DNA of 37,995 nucleotides from a virus, in IMG/VR virus record IMGVR_UViG_3300048080_000252, positions 1 to 37,995 of that record, one strand, 5' to 3'. Of the stretch, positions 6,619 to 14,329 are shown in pieces. Position 1 is the first letter of the stretch; every line of letters starts with the position of its first letter. The notes under the pieces were generated by a model. It saw only the letters and a list, made by a program, of their open reading frames with translations. It had not been told where the DNA came from and did not search any database. The translations under genes were made by a program, and so were the position numbers.

Positions 6619-9116
6619 CAGCGCTCGAAGTACTCCCTCTCGCCTTCGATCTCCGTTATCTGCCCGTCGCGGCGACGGACCTTCTGCGTTTCCTTCATCC
6701 GCTTCGGGTAGGTCGGTTGATTCACGACCGTCACCGGAGCCGGCTCGATGTGCGCCTCTACCTTGACTTCCGGCGCGGGCAGGTTCAGGGCGGCGATTGC
6801 CTCGCCCACGCGCCCCATCCCCCGTTCCATCGCGTCGGCCACCGGCTGCATATCGGCCGCCGGCACTTCGATGCGCGGCTCGGACCTGACTTCCGGCGCC
6901 GGCAGCTTCAGGCCGTCGATCGCCTCGCCCATGCGGCTCATCCCTCGTTCCATCGCGTCGGCCACCGGCTGCATATCAGCCGCTGGCACTTGGCCAACCA
7001 CGACCTGCCCCAAAGCCTCGAGTGCCTTGGCGTTCATGGCCAGGACCCGGGCGATCGCTAGCGAATGGCTCGCCTCGGCTCCTCTCTCGCTTCGCGGCTC
7101 GTCGAGAAGATCCCGCGATCGCCCGCCCTCGGCCGTCACCATGCAGTCGCACCCCTCGTGCGCGGGCGGATGCCCGACGTCGTGATCGTTCACCAGCGGC
7201 ACGTCGGCGCCGCTCGGCTGGAACGACTCCCCCGCGCTCAGGAAGTTCCCCTGGATCCCGATCACCTTGCCATTCAGCCGCGAGCAGTACGGGCAGTTCT
7301 CGCCCTGAGCGTTCCAGCGCAGGCGGGCGATCCCGGCCACCAGGAAGACGAACCTGGCCACGGCGTTGTTGGCGCGGATCGTCTCCCACTGAGCGACCTT
7401 GTCCGGCCGCCGCTCCTCCCACTCGGCGAAGCGCTCGTCCAACGCCTCGATGGGATCCCGGCCAGCCTCGACGGCCTCGCGCGCCACCTGGCGCACCTGG
7501 CCGATGCTCGAGCCCACGTGCCGGCTGGCGTAGGCCTCGCCGTACTCACCGACGAACTGCTCGAGCTCGGGCGTCACCTCCGGCTCGGCGCCCACCTCAT
7601 CGGCCGCCGCGGCCGCGACGACTTCGGCGTAACTGTTGAAAGCCGGCGCCATCTGGCGCAGGATGAAGTCCTTGTGCTCCTCGTAGAACGTCTCCAGCCA
7701 CAAGCTGAACTCGGCGAAGCCGCGCTGGCGGAAATGCTTCCGCGCGCCCTCGCGCACGTCCTGGATCTCCCGGCGGACAACCCTCCGGGCCGCATCTGCG
7801 AAGACGCGCTGATAGGCGGTGGCCAGCCGCCGGCGGGAGAGGCCAGCCTGGCGTGCGCGTTGCTCGCCGTGGGGGTCGGCCGACACCGTGCGGCCATCGA
7901 GCGAACGCACGCCGGCGCCGGCCTGGTCGGCGGGGATCATGTTTAGCGGGACCAGGTAGACGTCGCCGCCCTTGATGGGGTTCTGGTTCTCGAGCTCCCG
8001 GATATCGTTGGCGTTGAACCAGCCCCACTGACGGGCCGTGGCGTAGGCCTGGTAGCGCGTCTGCGTGTCGCCCCTCAGGAGCGCGTCGACCAGGAATTCG
8101 GCGAAGAACTCCCTGCGGTCGGCCGCCGTGAACAGGTCCCGCAGGATCGCCTGTTCCCAACGGACCAGCCAGGTCCGGACCGAGCCGGTGACGAAGTCGA
8201 TGGCCTGGTGCTCGATGTTGGAGAACGTCGCCCGCTCGAGATCGGCGATCTTGTGCGGCGGCACGTTGTAGATGCGCGCGATCTCGGCCACCTGGAAGCG
8301 ACGGGTCTGCAGGAACTGAGAATCCTCGGGAGGGAAGCCGATCTTCTCGGCCTTCATCCCCTCTTCGAGAATGGCCATCCGGTGCTTTTTCTTAAGCGGT
8401 CCGTACTCCTCCTGCCAGGACTCGCGGATGTTCTTCTCCGCCGCGGGCTTGAGCTTTCCGGGGTGTTGCAGCACCAGCCCGGGCGTCGCATCGTTTCCAA
8501 AGAAACGCGCCCCGTACTCCTCCGTCGCCATCGCCAGAGCGATCGCCTGGCGCGCCAGGGAGACCGGCGAGTAGCCGACCAAGCCGTCGAAGCCCAGCCC
8601 CTTCACGTGGAAGACGAGCTCCTTGGGCAGGGTGATTTCATTGCCACCCACCGACTCGGGGAGGCGGTAGAGATACTGGAGCTGACCCTGGCGCCGGCGG
8701 ACTTTCATCCGGTCGGGCCGCAACGGCCAGACAGCGCGCACTCTGCCGAATCCGTCGAGCTCGATCTCCCCGTAGGCGTTGCCCCACGTAAGCAAGTGGC
8801 CCATCTTCGTTTCGCGGAACTCAAGGCTCGTCATCTCGGGATTGGGCTGGTTGTGCAGGAGCGGGTACAGGTAGTGATCGGTCGCCCGCCTCTTGCCCCC
8901 ACCCGGCAGCCGTTGGTAAACCACGAGCGGCAGCGAGGCGACACTCTCCGCAAGCACACGGACGCAAGCCAGGACGGCCGTCACCTGGAGGGCGTTCTCG
9001 GGCGTGACGTGGACGCCGGTGGCCGTCTCCCATCCGAAGGCCGAGGCCAGGAGCCACTTCGGAGGCTCCTGCGACGGGTGGAAACGCTCCTCCATCGCGC
9101 GGACGAGAAGGCCCAT
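6618..9116 (-). CDS. Portal protein (HK97 family) fused to a Mu F/SPP1 gp7-like head-morphogenesis domain and a duplicated C-terminal segment
   Basis: 832 aa. The N-terminal ~400 aa are portal-like (..ALQVTAVLACVRVLAESVASLPL..YPLLHNQPNPEMTS..). Residues 607-653 (NCPYCSRLNGK...HPPAHEGCDCM) carry the MuF/gp7 signature. Two 41-aa repeats follow. Confidence 0.8.
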   Translation of the reverse strand: MGLLVRAMEERFHPSQEPPKWLLASAFGWETATGVHVTPENALQVTAVLACVRVLAESVASLPLVVYQRLPGGGKRRATDHYLYPLLHNQPNPEMTSLEFRETKMGHLLTWGNAYGEIELDGFGRVRAVWPLRPDRMKVRRRQGQLQYLYRLPESVGGNEITLPKELVFHVKGLGFDGLVGYSPVSLARQAIALAMATEEYGARFFGNDATPGLVLQHPGKLKPAAEKNIRESWQEEYGPLKKKHRMAILEEGMKAEKIGFPPEDSQFLQTRRFQVAEIARIYNVPPHKIADLERATFSNIEHQAIDFVTGSVRTWLVRWEQAILRDLFTAADRREFFAEFLVDALLRGDTQTRYQAYATARQWGWFNANDIRELENQNPIKGGDVYLVPLNMIPADQAGAGVRSLDGRTVSADPHGEQRARQAGLSRRRLATAYQRVFADAARRVVRREIQDVREGARKHFRQRGFAEFSLWLETFYEEHKDFILRQMAPAFNSYAEVVAAAAADEVGAEPEVTPELEQFVGEYGEAYASRHVGSSIGQVRQVAREAVEAGRDPIEALDERFAEWEERRPDKVAQWETIRANNAVARFVFLVAGIARLRWNAQGENCPYCSRLNGKVIGIQGNFLSAGESFQPSGADVPLVNDHDVGHPPAHEGCDCMVTAEGGRSRDLLDEPRSERGAEASHSLAIARVLAMNAKALEALGQVVVGQVPAADMQPVADAMERGMSRMGEAIDGLKLPAPEVRSEPRIEVPAADMQPVADAMERGMGRVGEAIAALNLPAPEVKVEAHIEPAPVTVVNQPTYPKRMKETQKVRRRDGQITEIEGEREYFER
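6765..6990 (-). repeat. 123-nt tandem duplication within the portal-MuF C-terminus
   Basis: gacttccggcgc(g/c)ggcag(g/c)ttcagg...ccatcgcgtcggccaccggctgcatatc(g/a)gccgc(c/t)ggcactt occurs at 6765 and 6888. It encodes VPAADMQPVADAMERGM(S/G)R(M/V)GEAI..L.LPAPEV twice. Confidence 0.85.
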
Positions 9117-9307
9117 CAGTCTCTACCCCCGCTACGGCGTACCCGTCGGGCGGCGAGCTCGGCCGACAGCAACGCACCCAGGAGCAGCACGGCCCCGACC
9201 ACGATGAGCGCCAGCGATGGAGAGACGAGCCACAGGCCCACACCCATCATCGCCAGCCCTACGAAGGCGACGAGATCCCGCGCGTCCAAGGCAGGCCTCG
9301 GAGTCAT
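9116..9307 (-). CDS. Small two-TM membrane protein between terminase and portal
   Basis: 63 aa: ..LVAFVGLAMMGVGLWLV..LALIVVGAVLLLGALL.. Its ATG overlaps the TerL stop (ATGA), and its stop overlaps the portal ATG. Confidence 0.6.
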   Translation of the reverse strand: MTPRPALDARDLVAFVGLAMMGVGLWLVSPSLALIVVGAVLLLGALLSAELAARRVRRSGGRD

Positions 9308-10884
9308 AACGTCACGAGCCCCCGGGTCTCATACACCGACCCGGACTCGCCCTGGCGAATCGCCCGGTCGAGCGCCATGATCAGCGCCACGATGCCGTCG
9401 ATCTTCTCCCGGCTCTTCTTCTTGTCGGGCTTCATGTTTCCCGCCGGATCCGTCGTCACCATCATGTTGTCTGCCATCCACCGGAGCACCGGGTGCCCGC
9501 CGTGCGCGATCTTCTTGTCGAGCGTGAGGCGCAGGAGCTCTTTCGTCGGGCCGCTCATTGAGGCAAAGCCTTGGCCGAACGCCACCATCGTGAAGCCCTC
9601 AGCTTCGAGCTGCTGGCTCATCTGGATGGCACCCCATCGGTCAAACGCAATCTCTCGGATATGGAACCGCTTGCCCAGCTCGACAATGTCGGCCACGATC
9701 TGTGCGTAGTCGATGACGTTGCCGGGAGTGGCCTTAATGAAGCCCTGGCGAACCCACGCGTCGTAGGGCACTCGGTCCCTCAGCGCCCGTTCGCGCATGT
9801 TCTCTTCGGGGATCCAGAAGAACGGCAGGACCGTGTGGAGCTCGGGATCATCCGGGCCGGGCGGGAAGTCCAGGAGGAACGATGCGATGTCGACCGTGCT
9901 GGCCAGATCTAGCCCGCCGAAACCGGCCTGGCCCACAACCACATCGACCTCGGCATCGCAGTCGTCCCAGGCCTCGAGAGGCAGCCAGCGCACATCCTGT
10001 TGTGTCCAGCGGTTCAGATGGAGGCGCAGGAAGGTATTCAGATACGCTGGCGTCAGCTGGGCCCGCTTGCACTCGGCCGCCAGGTACTCCTCTTTCACCG
10101 TCACGCCTAGGCCTGGGTTCGCCTTGCGCCAGGTCTTGGGATCCGTCCAGTCGTCCTCTTCATCCGCGGCCCGGACATAGGCGAAGAACTCATCGTCAAC
10201 GATGATCCCTTCCAGAACTTGGCGGGCATACTCGTGCTGCTCCCAGCAGATGCTCTCGCGGTCATAGCCGGCTGTGGTGATGGCCACGACTAGCGGCTGC
10301 CGGCGAGAGCGAGTGCCGGTCGTCAAGACATCCCACAACTCGCGGCTCGGCCAGGCATGGAGCTCGTCGGCGATCACACCGTGCGCGTTGAAGCCGTGCT
10401 TCGTCTTGACGTCCGCGCTCAGGACCCGATAGACGCTCGCGCTTGAGGGAACGACGACGGAGCGCTTATAGGTCTCCGCCCGATGGCTCAGCACCGGCGA
10501 CGCCTCGACCATCTGCTTGGCCAGGTCGAACACGATCGCCGCCTGCTCCCGATCCGAGGCCGCGCCGTACACCTCGGCCCCCGGTTCATCGTCCACGAAG
10601 ACAAGCAAGAGGGCGATTCCGGCCACGAGGGTTGACTTCCCATTGCCCCGCGGGAGCTCGATGTAGGCGCGTCGATATCTGCGCGTCCCATCGCTCTTCC
10701 TCTTCCAGCCAAACAGAGGCCGGATAATGTCGTCGCGCTGCCAAGACGAGAGGATGAAGGGCTCGCCCGCCCATTCGCCCTTCACGTGAATGAGAAGTTT
10801 CTCAAAGAACATCACCGCAAGATCGGCGGCCTGCTCGTCGAAATAGAAACCGCTGGACTTCTTGCGCCCGTTGGACTTCGTCAT
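9304..10884 (-). CDS. terL: Terminase large subunit (Terminase_1-type)
   Basis: Start trimmed to the ATG at 10884, which overlaps the TerS stop (ATGA). MTKSNGRKKSSGFYFDEQAADLAVMFFEKLLIHVKGEWAGEPF..., Walker A-like PRGNGKST, C-terminal nuclease-like region. Confidence 0.9.
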   Translation of the reverse strand: MTKSNGRKKSSGFYFDEQAADLAVMFFEKLLIHVKGEWAGEPFILSSWQRDDIIRPLFGWKRKSDGTRRYRRAYIELPRGNGKSTLVAGIALLLVFVDDEPGAEVYGAASDREQAAIVFDLAKQMVEASPVLSHRAETYKRSVVVPSSASVYRVLSADVKTKHGFNAHGVIADELHAWPSRELWDVLTTGTRSRRQPLVVAITTAGYDRESICWEQHEYARQVLEGIIVDDEFFAYVRAADEEDDWTDPKTWRKANPGLGVTVKEEYLAAECKRAQLTPAYLNTFLRLHLNRWTQQDVRWLPLEAWDDCDAEVDVVVGQAGFGGLDLASTVDIASFLLDFPPGPDDPELHTVLPFFWIPEENMRERALRDRVPYDAWVRQGFIKATPGNVIDYAQIVADIVELGKRFHIREIAFDRWGAIQMSQQLEAEGFTMVAFGQGFASMSGPTKELLRLTLDKKIAHGGHPVLRWMADNMMVTTDPAGNMKPDKKKSREKIDGIVALIMALDRAIRQGESGSVYETRGLVTL

Positions 10885-11378
10885 TCTGTCTCTTCTGTCT
10901 TCGCCTTCGCTTCTGCCTTCGCTTTCGCAAAGAGCCAATCCGCCAATGTCCCCTGCTCCATCTCGGCCGCCTGCACCCGAGACCGGCTCGCAGGGCTCAT
11001 GCCGAACTCGATGAGGAACTTCCGCATCTCCTCTTTCGCGTTCTTGGCGACGGTATGCCAGGGGTTCACCTTCAACGTCCCATTCACACCGAGCACCACT
11101 TCGCCGCGCTTCGTGAGCTGCTTCTCGGCCTTGACCCACCGGGCCCAGCCCTGGCAATAGCCGGCGAGCGCAGCCCGATCAACTAGAGTAAGCAAGCCGG
11201 CCTTGTACAGCTCCGCGCTCATCCGGTTCCATTCCTTCCGCGCCTCGCCAAGAAGATGCGAAGGACACGTCGGGATCTCCGGAGGGATCCGCGCCTCGTG
11301 CTGATTGAGCGGCCGCTTGCCGGGATTGCCAGCGAGCCGCTTGAGCTTGGTAGGCTTCGGCTTTCTGCCTCTGATCAT
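10881..11378 (-). CDS. terS: Terminase small subunit, P27 family
   Basis: MIRGRKPKPTKLKRLAGNPGKRPLN...P..L...A...W......L...G.L...D: the classical P27-type N-terminus. The gene lies directly upstream of terL. Confidence 0.85.
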   Translation of the reverse strand: MIRGRKPKPTKLKRLAGNPGKRPLNQHEARIPPEIPTCPSHLLGEARKEWNRMSAELYKAGLLTLVDRAALAGYCQGWARWVKAEKQLTKRGEVVLGVNGTLKVNPWHTVAKNAKEEMRKFLIEFGMSPASRSRVQAAEMEQGTLADWLFAKAKAEAKAKTEETE

Positions 11379-11462
11379 GCTCTATCCGTCGCAACGAAAT
11401 CGCATATTCGCGGGCGCGCTCGCGAGCTTGCCCAACGGTCTACACGCCGCAGGCCCCAGAGA

Positions 11463-11837
11463 TTAAGGTCCCCCTCCCCAATGCCCTTCCTCCGTGGCCG
11501 TTTTCCGAGAGTGACAGGACTTGCACAGGGCCTGGAGGTTCTCCTCGTCGTCCGTTCCTCCCTGGTCCCGCGGAACCATGTGGTCCACCTCGCTTGCCGC
11601 CGCGACGCCGCCGCCATGCTCCCCGAACGGGTCGGCACAAATCGGGTGCGCAGCCAGGAAGAGCAGCCGGAGCCTCCGCCATCGCCGGTCGTAGCCCCGC
11701 CGAGCTGCAGAGCCGCGGCTTTCCTCGTAGCGCTTCCGCTCCTCCTCGGCGTGGCGTGGACAGAGCCGCCCCCCCTTTTTTTGAACGAGCTCCGGGCAAC
11801 CCGGCGCCCCACATCCGCGCGGTGCATTTCTCGGCAT
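11463..11837 (-). CDS. HNH endonuclease (terminase-associated type)
   Basis: Start trimmed to the ATG at 11837, with AGGAAGGA upstream. ...CPELV..GRLCPRH...EVDHMVPRDQGGTDDEENLQALCKSCHSRKT is an HNH motif. An HNH gene next to P27 terS is the usual HK97-like arrangement. Confidence 0.85.
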   Translation of the reverse strand: MPRNAPRGCGAPGCPELVQKKGGRLCPRHAEEERKRYEESRGSAARRGYDRRWRRLRLLFLAAHPICADPFGEHGGGVAAASEVDHMVPRDQGGTDDEENLQALCKSCHSRKTATEEGHWGGGP

Positions 11838-11847
11838 GTCCTTCCTG

Positions 11848-11896
11848 AACGCAAAAGCGCCCTGGCAGATCCCTCTCGGGACAACTGCCAGGGCGC
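11848..11896 (-). terminator. Candidate rho-independent terminator immediately upstream of the HNH/packaging (late) operon
   Basis: Minus strand: GCGCCCTGGCAG-ttgt-CCC-GAGA-GGG-at-CTGCCAGGGCGC. This is a perfect 12-bp stem with an inner 3-bp stem and a GNRA loop, followed directly by TTTTGCGTT. The U-tract is present only for leftward transcripts. Confidence 0.6.
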
Positions 11897-11961
11897 CCAT
11901 CTCCTGACTGGCCCCCGCCCCGTGCACAGTTGCGGGGGTGGCCTAGATTGTTCCCCCAATA

Positions 11962-12267
11962 CTAGCCCCCGCCGGCAGCCCTGTCAACAGGCGCCCCGCG
12001 CCTCGATAGAACCTGGCTTAGGGCATCGCCAGCGCTGTGCCATTCCTTGAGCTGCGAACACTCCGGGCAGTAGATCATGGCGTGCCCGGTGATGACATGC
12101 CCGGCCTCAATATGAAGCCGGCGCACGCCGCCCTCTCGAACGACCTGGCCCAGCACATGCTGGCCCGTGGCGCAGCGCCAGGGCCGCCCCACAGCGACAC
12201 GAAGCACGATCTCAGGCTGGGTCGGCATCCGGAGCCCCACGTTGTAGGCCGCTCGCGTCTCTGTCAT
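11962..12267 (-). CDS. Hypothetical protein (Cys/His-containing)
   Basis: ATG at 12267 preceded by GGAGAGGAATTGGAG; the ORF-track start at 12273 is a TTG. 101 aa. Confidence 0.6.
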   Translation of the reverse strand: MTETRAAYNVGLRMPTQPEIVLRVAVGRPWRCATGQHVLGQVVREGGVRRLHIEAGHVITGHAMIYCPECSQLKEWHSAGDALSQVLSRRGAPVDRAAGGG

Positions 12268-12508
12268 CTCCAATTCCTCTCCCTAACCCTTGTACTCCGC
12301 CTGCACGGTCCAGTCCCTGCTCTCCCGTCGCTCCTACGGTCGTTGGGGTGGACTGACGCTCCCTCAGCGGCGCTAGGCGTTCGTCGAACTCGCCCTTCTT
12401 CACCGCCTTCAGCACGCACTTGAGGCACGGCCCGCCGTTTGCTGCGCCCATCTTGCCGCAACGCGGACACGGCTTGCTCATGTCAATCTCGATCGTGGCC
12501 CCCGTCAT
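12212..12508 (-). CDS. Small zinc-ribbon-like protein (CPRC...CLKC)
   Basis: The ATG at 12508 overlaps the upstream stop (ATGA). MTGATIEIDMSKPCPRCGKMGAANGGPCLKCV... Third-position GC is high for the first ~55 codons and low in the tail, which overlaps the next gene by 56 nt. Confidence 0.4.
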   Translation of the reverse strand: MTGATIEIDMSKPCPRCGKMGAANGGPCLKCVLKAVKKGEFDERLAPLRERQSTPTTVGATGEQGLDRAGGVQGLGRGIGDDRDASGLQRGAPDADPA

Positions 12509-12927
12509 GGCGTCTCCTCTACAGGCCCCACCACCTTCACTTGTGACGGGTCCACGCCCAATGCATCCGCCGTCGTCTGTCTCAGGCGTGCGCTGAACGC
12601 ACTCTCCTCCCCCGAGGCTGTGCCCGAGGCTGTGCCCGAGGCGGCCAACGCTGTCGGCTTGAAGTTGGCGCAGGCGTTGGTCGGTCTGCCCATCCAGGGC
12701 CAGCCGTCGCGGCGGGCGCAGTTGTAGCAGTGCGGCCCCTGAACCATGCTGATCTCGTGGTAGTTCTCGCACAGCACGGCGGCCCCACCCTCCTCCCGCG
12801 CCTGCGCCGCTTCTAACGCATCCCACAGGGCCAAGATGGCACGGCTACTCCAAGAGCGGGGAGCGACTTGGATGCGAATGGCCTCAGCGGCATCCCGATA
12901 CTCTTCCAACGCCGTCTGGTCGCTCAC
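12505..12927 (-). CDS. Hypothetical Cys-rich protein
   Basis: 140 aa. The GTG at 12927 overlaps the upstream stop (GTGA). ..CENYHEISMVQGPHCYNCARRDGWPWMGRPTNAC.. Confidence 0.65.
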   Translation of the reverse strand: MSDQTALEEYRDAAEAIRIQVAPRSWSSRAILALWDALEAAQAREEGGAAVLCENYHEISMVQGPHCYNCARRDGWPWMGRPTNACANFKPTALAASGTASGTASGEESAFSARLRQTTADALGVDPSQVKVVGPVEETP

Positions 12928-13652
12928 GTCATCCCTCCCTCTTTTGCCGGAGACTGCGAAAGAAAGAACACAGAGAGGCAGAGTGGCCCAACGTAGAACT
13001 CGACCGCCTGGGCGTCTCCCGCATTGTTACGCGCCACCTTCAGGGCGATTAGGTCATATGCACGCCAACCCTCTGCAACGTCGTCAAACCATAGCCATTC
13101 GTTGATTGAGCGTTTAGTCCAGAACGGGGCGAGACGAGCGTCGAACAGCGCACAGGCCCCCATGACCCACGGCGTTGTCCACGTCAGGTGTTTCGAGGTA
13201 GCCGCAATCTCAGCGGGCGGCAACGCGGTGTCCCCATCCAACATCGGGGCCAGCCTTCGCAGAACGTGGCCTACCAGCCACGGCTTCCCTGGCGCGTCCG
13301 GGTCGTCCTCGGACAGTATCAATTCCACGGTGGCCTCAATGCGCCCCCGCAACTCCGCGACCTCGGCCTGGGCAATGCACACCTTGCAGTCGCCGTCGGG
13401 GTTGTCCTCGTCCACTGAGTAGACGCCGTGTGTCAGGCAGAGGCCATCTCCGATCAGTTTGCTCTTGAGTTGGGCCCGCGCCCAGGCGTCGGCGAACTTG
13501 CCCGCCACCTTCTGCTCGGGCTCCAACGTCATCGAGCCAGGAGGCAGGACGTACCTCGTCGGGTCGGAGAACGCCGCTCTCAGCGTGGCGGGGGTGTACT
13601 CTGTCTGATCCACGGGCTCCCCCGCCACGTACTTCGCCTTCACTTCTGTCAT
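12924..13652 (-). CDS. Hypothetical protein
   Basis: 242 aa. The ATG overlaps the upstream stop (ATGA). No motif recognised. Confidence 0.7.
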   Translation of the reverse strand: MTEVKAKYVAGEPVDQTEYTPATLRAAFSDPTRYVLPPGSMTLEPEQKVAGKFADAWARAQLKSKLIGDGLCLTHGVYSVDEDNPDGDCKVCIAQAEVAELRGRIEATVELILSEDDPDAPGKPWLVGHVLRRLAPMLDGDTALPPAEIAATSKHLTWTTPWVMGACALFDARLAPFWTKRSINEWLWFDDVAEGWRAYDLIALKVARNNAGDAQAVEFYVGPLCLSVFFLSQSPAKEGGMT

Positions 13653-14329
13653 CGGGGGCCTCCCTCGGCGGAGTCTGCGGCCCCGGCCTCGTGACCGAGC
13701 GCCAGCGAGGTGACGGGCTGGCCGGGGCGTCGCGCAGTCTCCGCCGCATGCCTTCGGTCCCGAGGCTCACACCACTCCAGGTCCAGCGCTGAAAAGAACG
13801 CGGCCTCTGTGAGCGTCGGGAGGATCAGAGGACACCTCGACCCCTTGGGGCAGCCGCCTTCCGGCTTGGGGTGTCCGTGGATTAGGTAGCCATCGGCGAC
13901 ATGCTTCCCCTGACGCAGGGCCAGCGTGACAAGTCCCTGACTGAACTCGGCCGGCCCGGTGCGGATGGCCAGCGCGCCGCCCCATCCTGCCACCGTCGCC
14001 AAGAACAAGTCGCAGCACATCCCCGTATCGACCTCCCGCAGCCGCTTGTAGCGGGGGCCATTGCGCTTGATGGTGGGATCGAACTCCCAGCGGCCGCCGG
14101 CGAGGACATCACGGAGCGCAGGCTCGAAGTGGTCCATCTCCAGCTCGCTCATCTCGCCAAAGAGATTGCCCGTGGCAACGAATGTGCTCTTGGGGATCGC
14201 CACGATCTCTAAGTCGTGCGGCTCCGGCTTCCCCCGCCGCACGCTGCCGGCGATCTCGATGCGAACGCAGCCCGGCTCGAGGGCGAGCCTCAGACCTACA
14301 GCCAGATGCAAGGCCTGGTCGAGGTTCAT
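13649..14329 (-). CDS. Minimal family-X (Pol beta-like) nucleotidyltransferase/DNA polymerase, palm and thumb only
   Basis: IEIAGSVRRGKPEPHDLEIV (GS-RRG motif; carboxylates D39/E41), third carboxylate in MCCDLFL (D107, spacing 66 aa), then WGGALAIRTGPAEFSQGLVTLALRQGKHVADGYL, resembling the PolX thumb (..TGS..fN..lR..A...G..L...GL). Confidence 0.7.
   Translation of the reverse strand: MNLDQALHLAVGLRLALEPGCVRIEIAGSVRRGKPEPHDLEIVAIPKSTFVATGNLFGEMSELEMDHFEPALRDVLAGGRWEFDPTIKRNGPRYKRLREVDTGMCCDLFLATVAGWGGALAIRTGPAEFSQGLVTLALRQGKHVADGYLIHGHPKPEGGCPKGSRCPLILPTLTEAAFFSALDLEWCEPRDRRHAAETARRPGQPVTSLALGHEAGAADSAEGGPR

Noticed and set aside
10885-11157. N-terminal extensions of ORF-track ORFs: TerL to 11157, ATPase to 16281, 20563..21168, 21125..22012, 12212..12826, 16339..16938, 16584..17627 and HNH to 11927
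   Set aside because: The extensions overlap the preceding well-supported gene in another frame and translate to Arg/Gly/Pro-rich sequence. Internal ATG/GTG starts that overlap the upstream stop give the family-typical N-termini.
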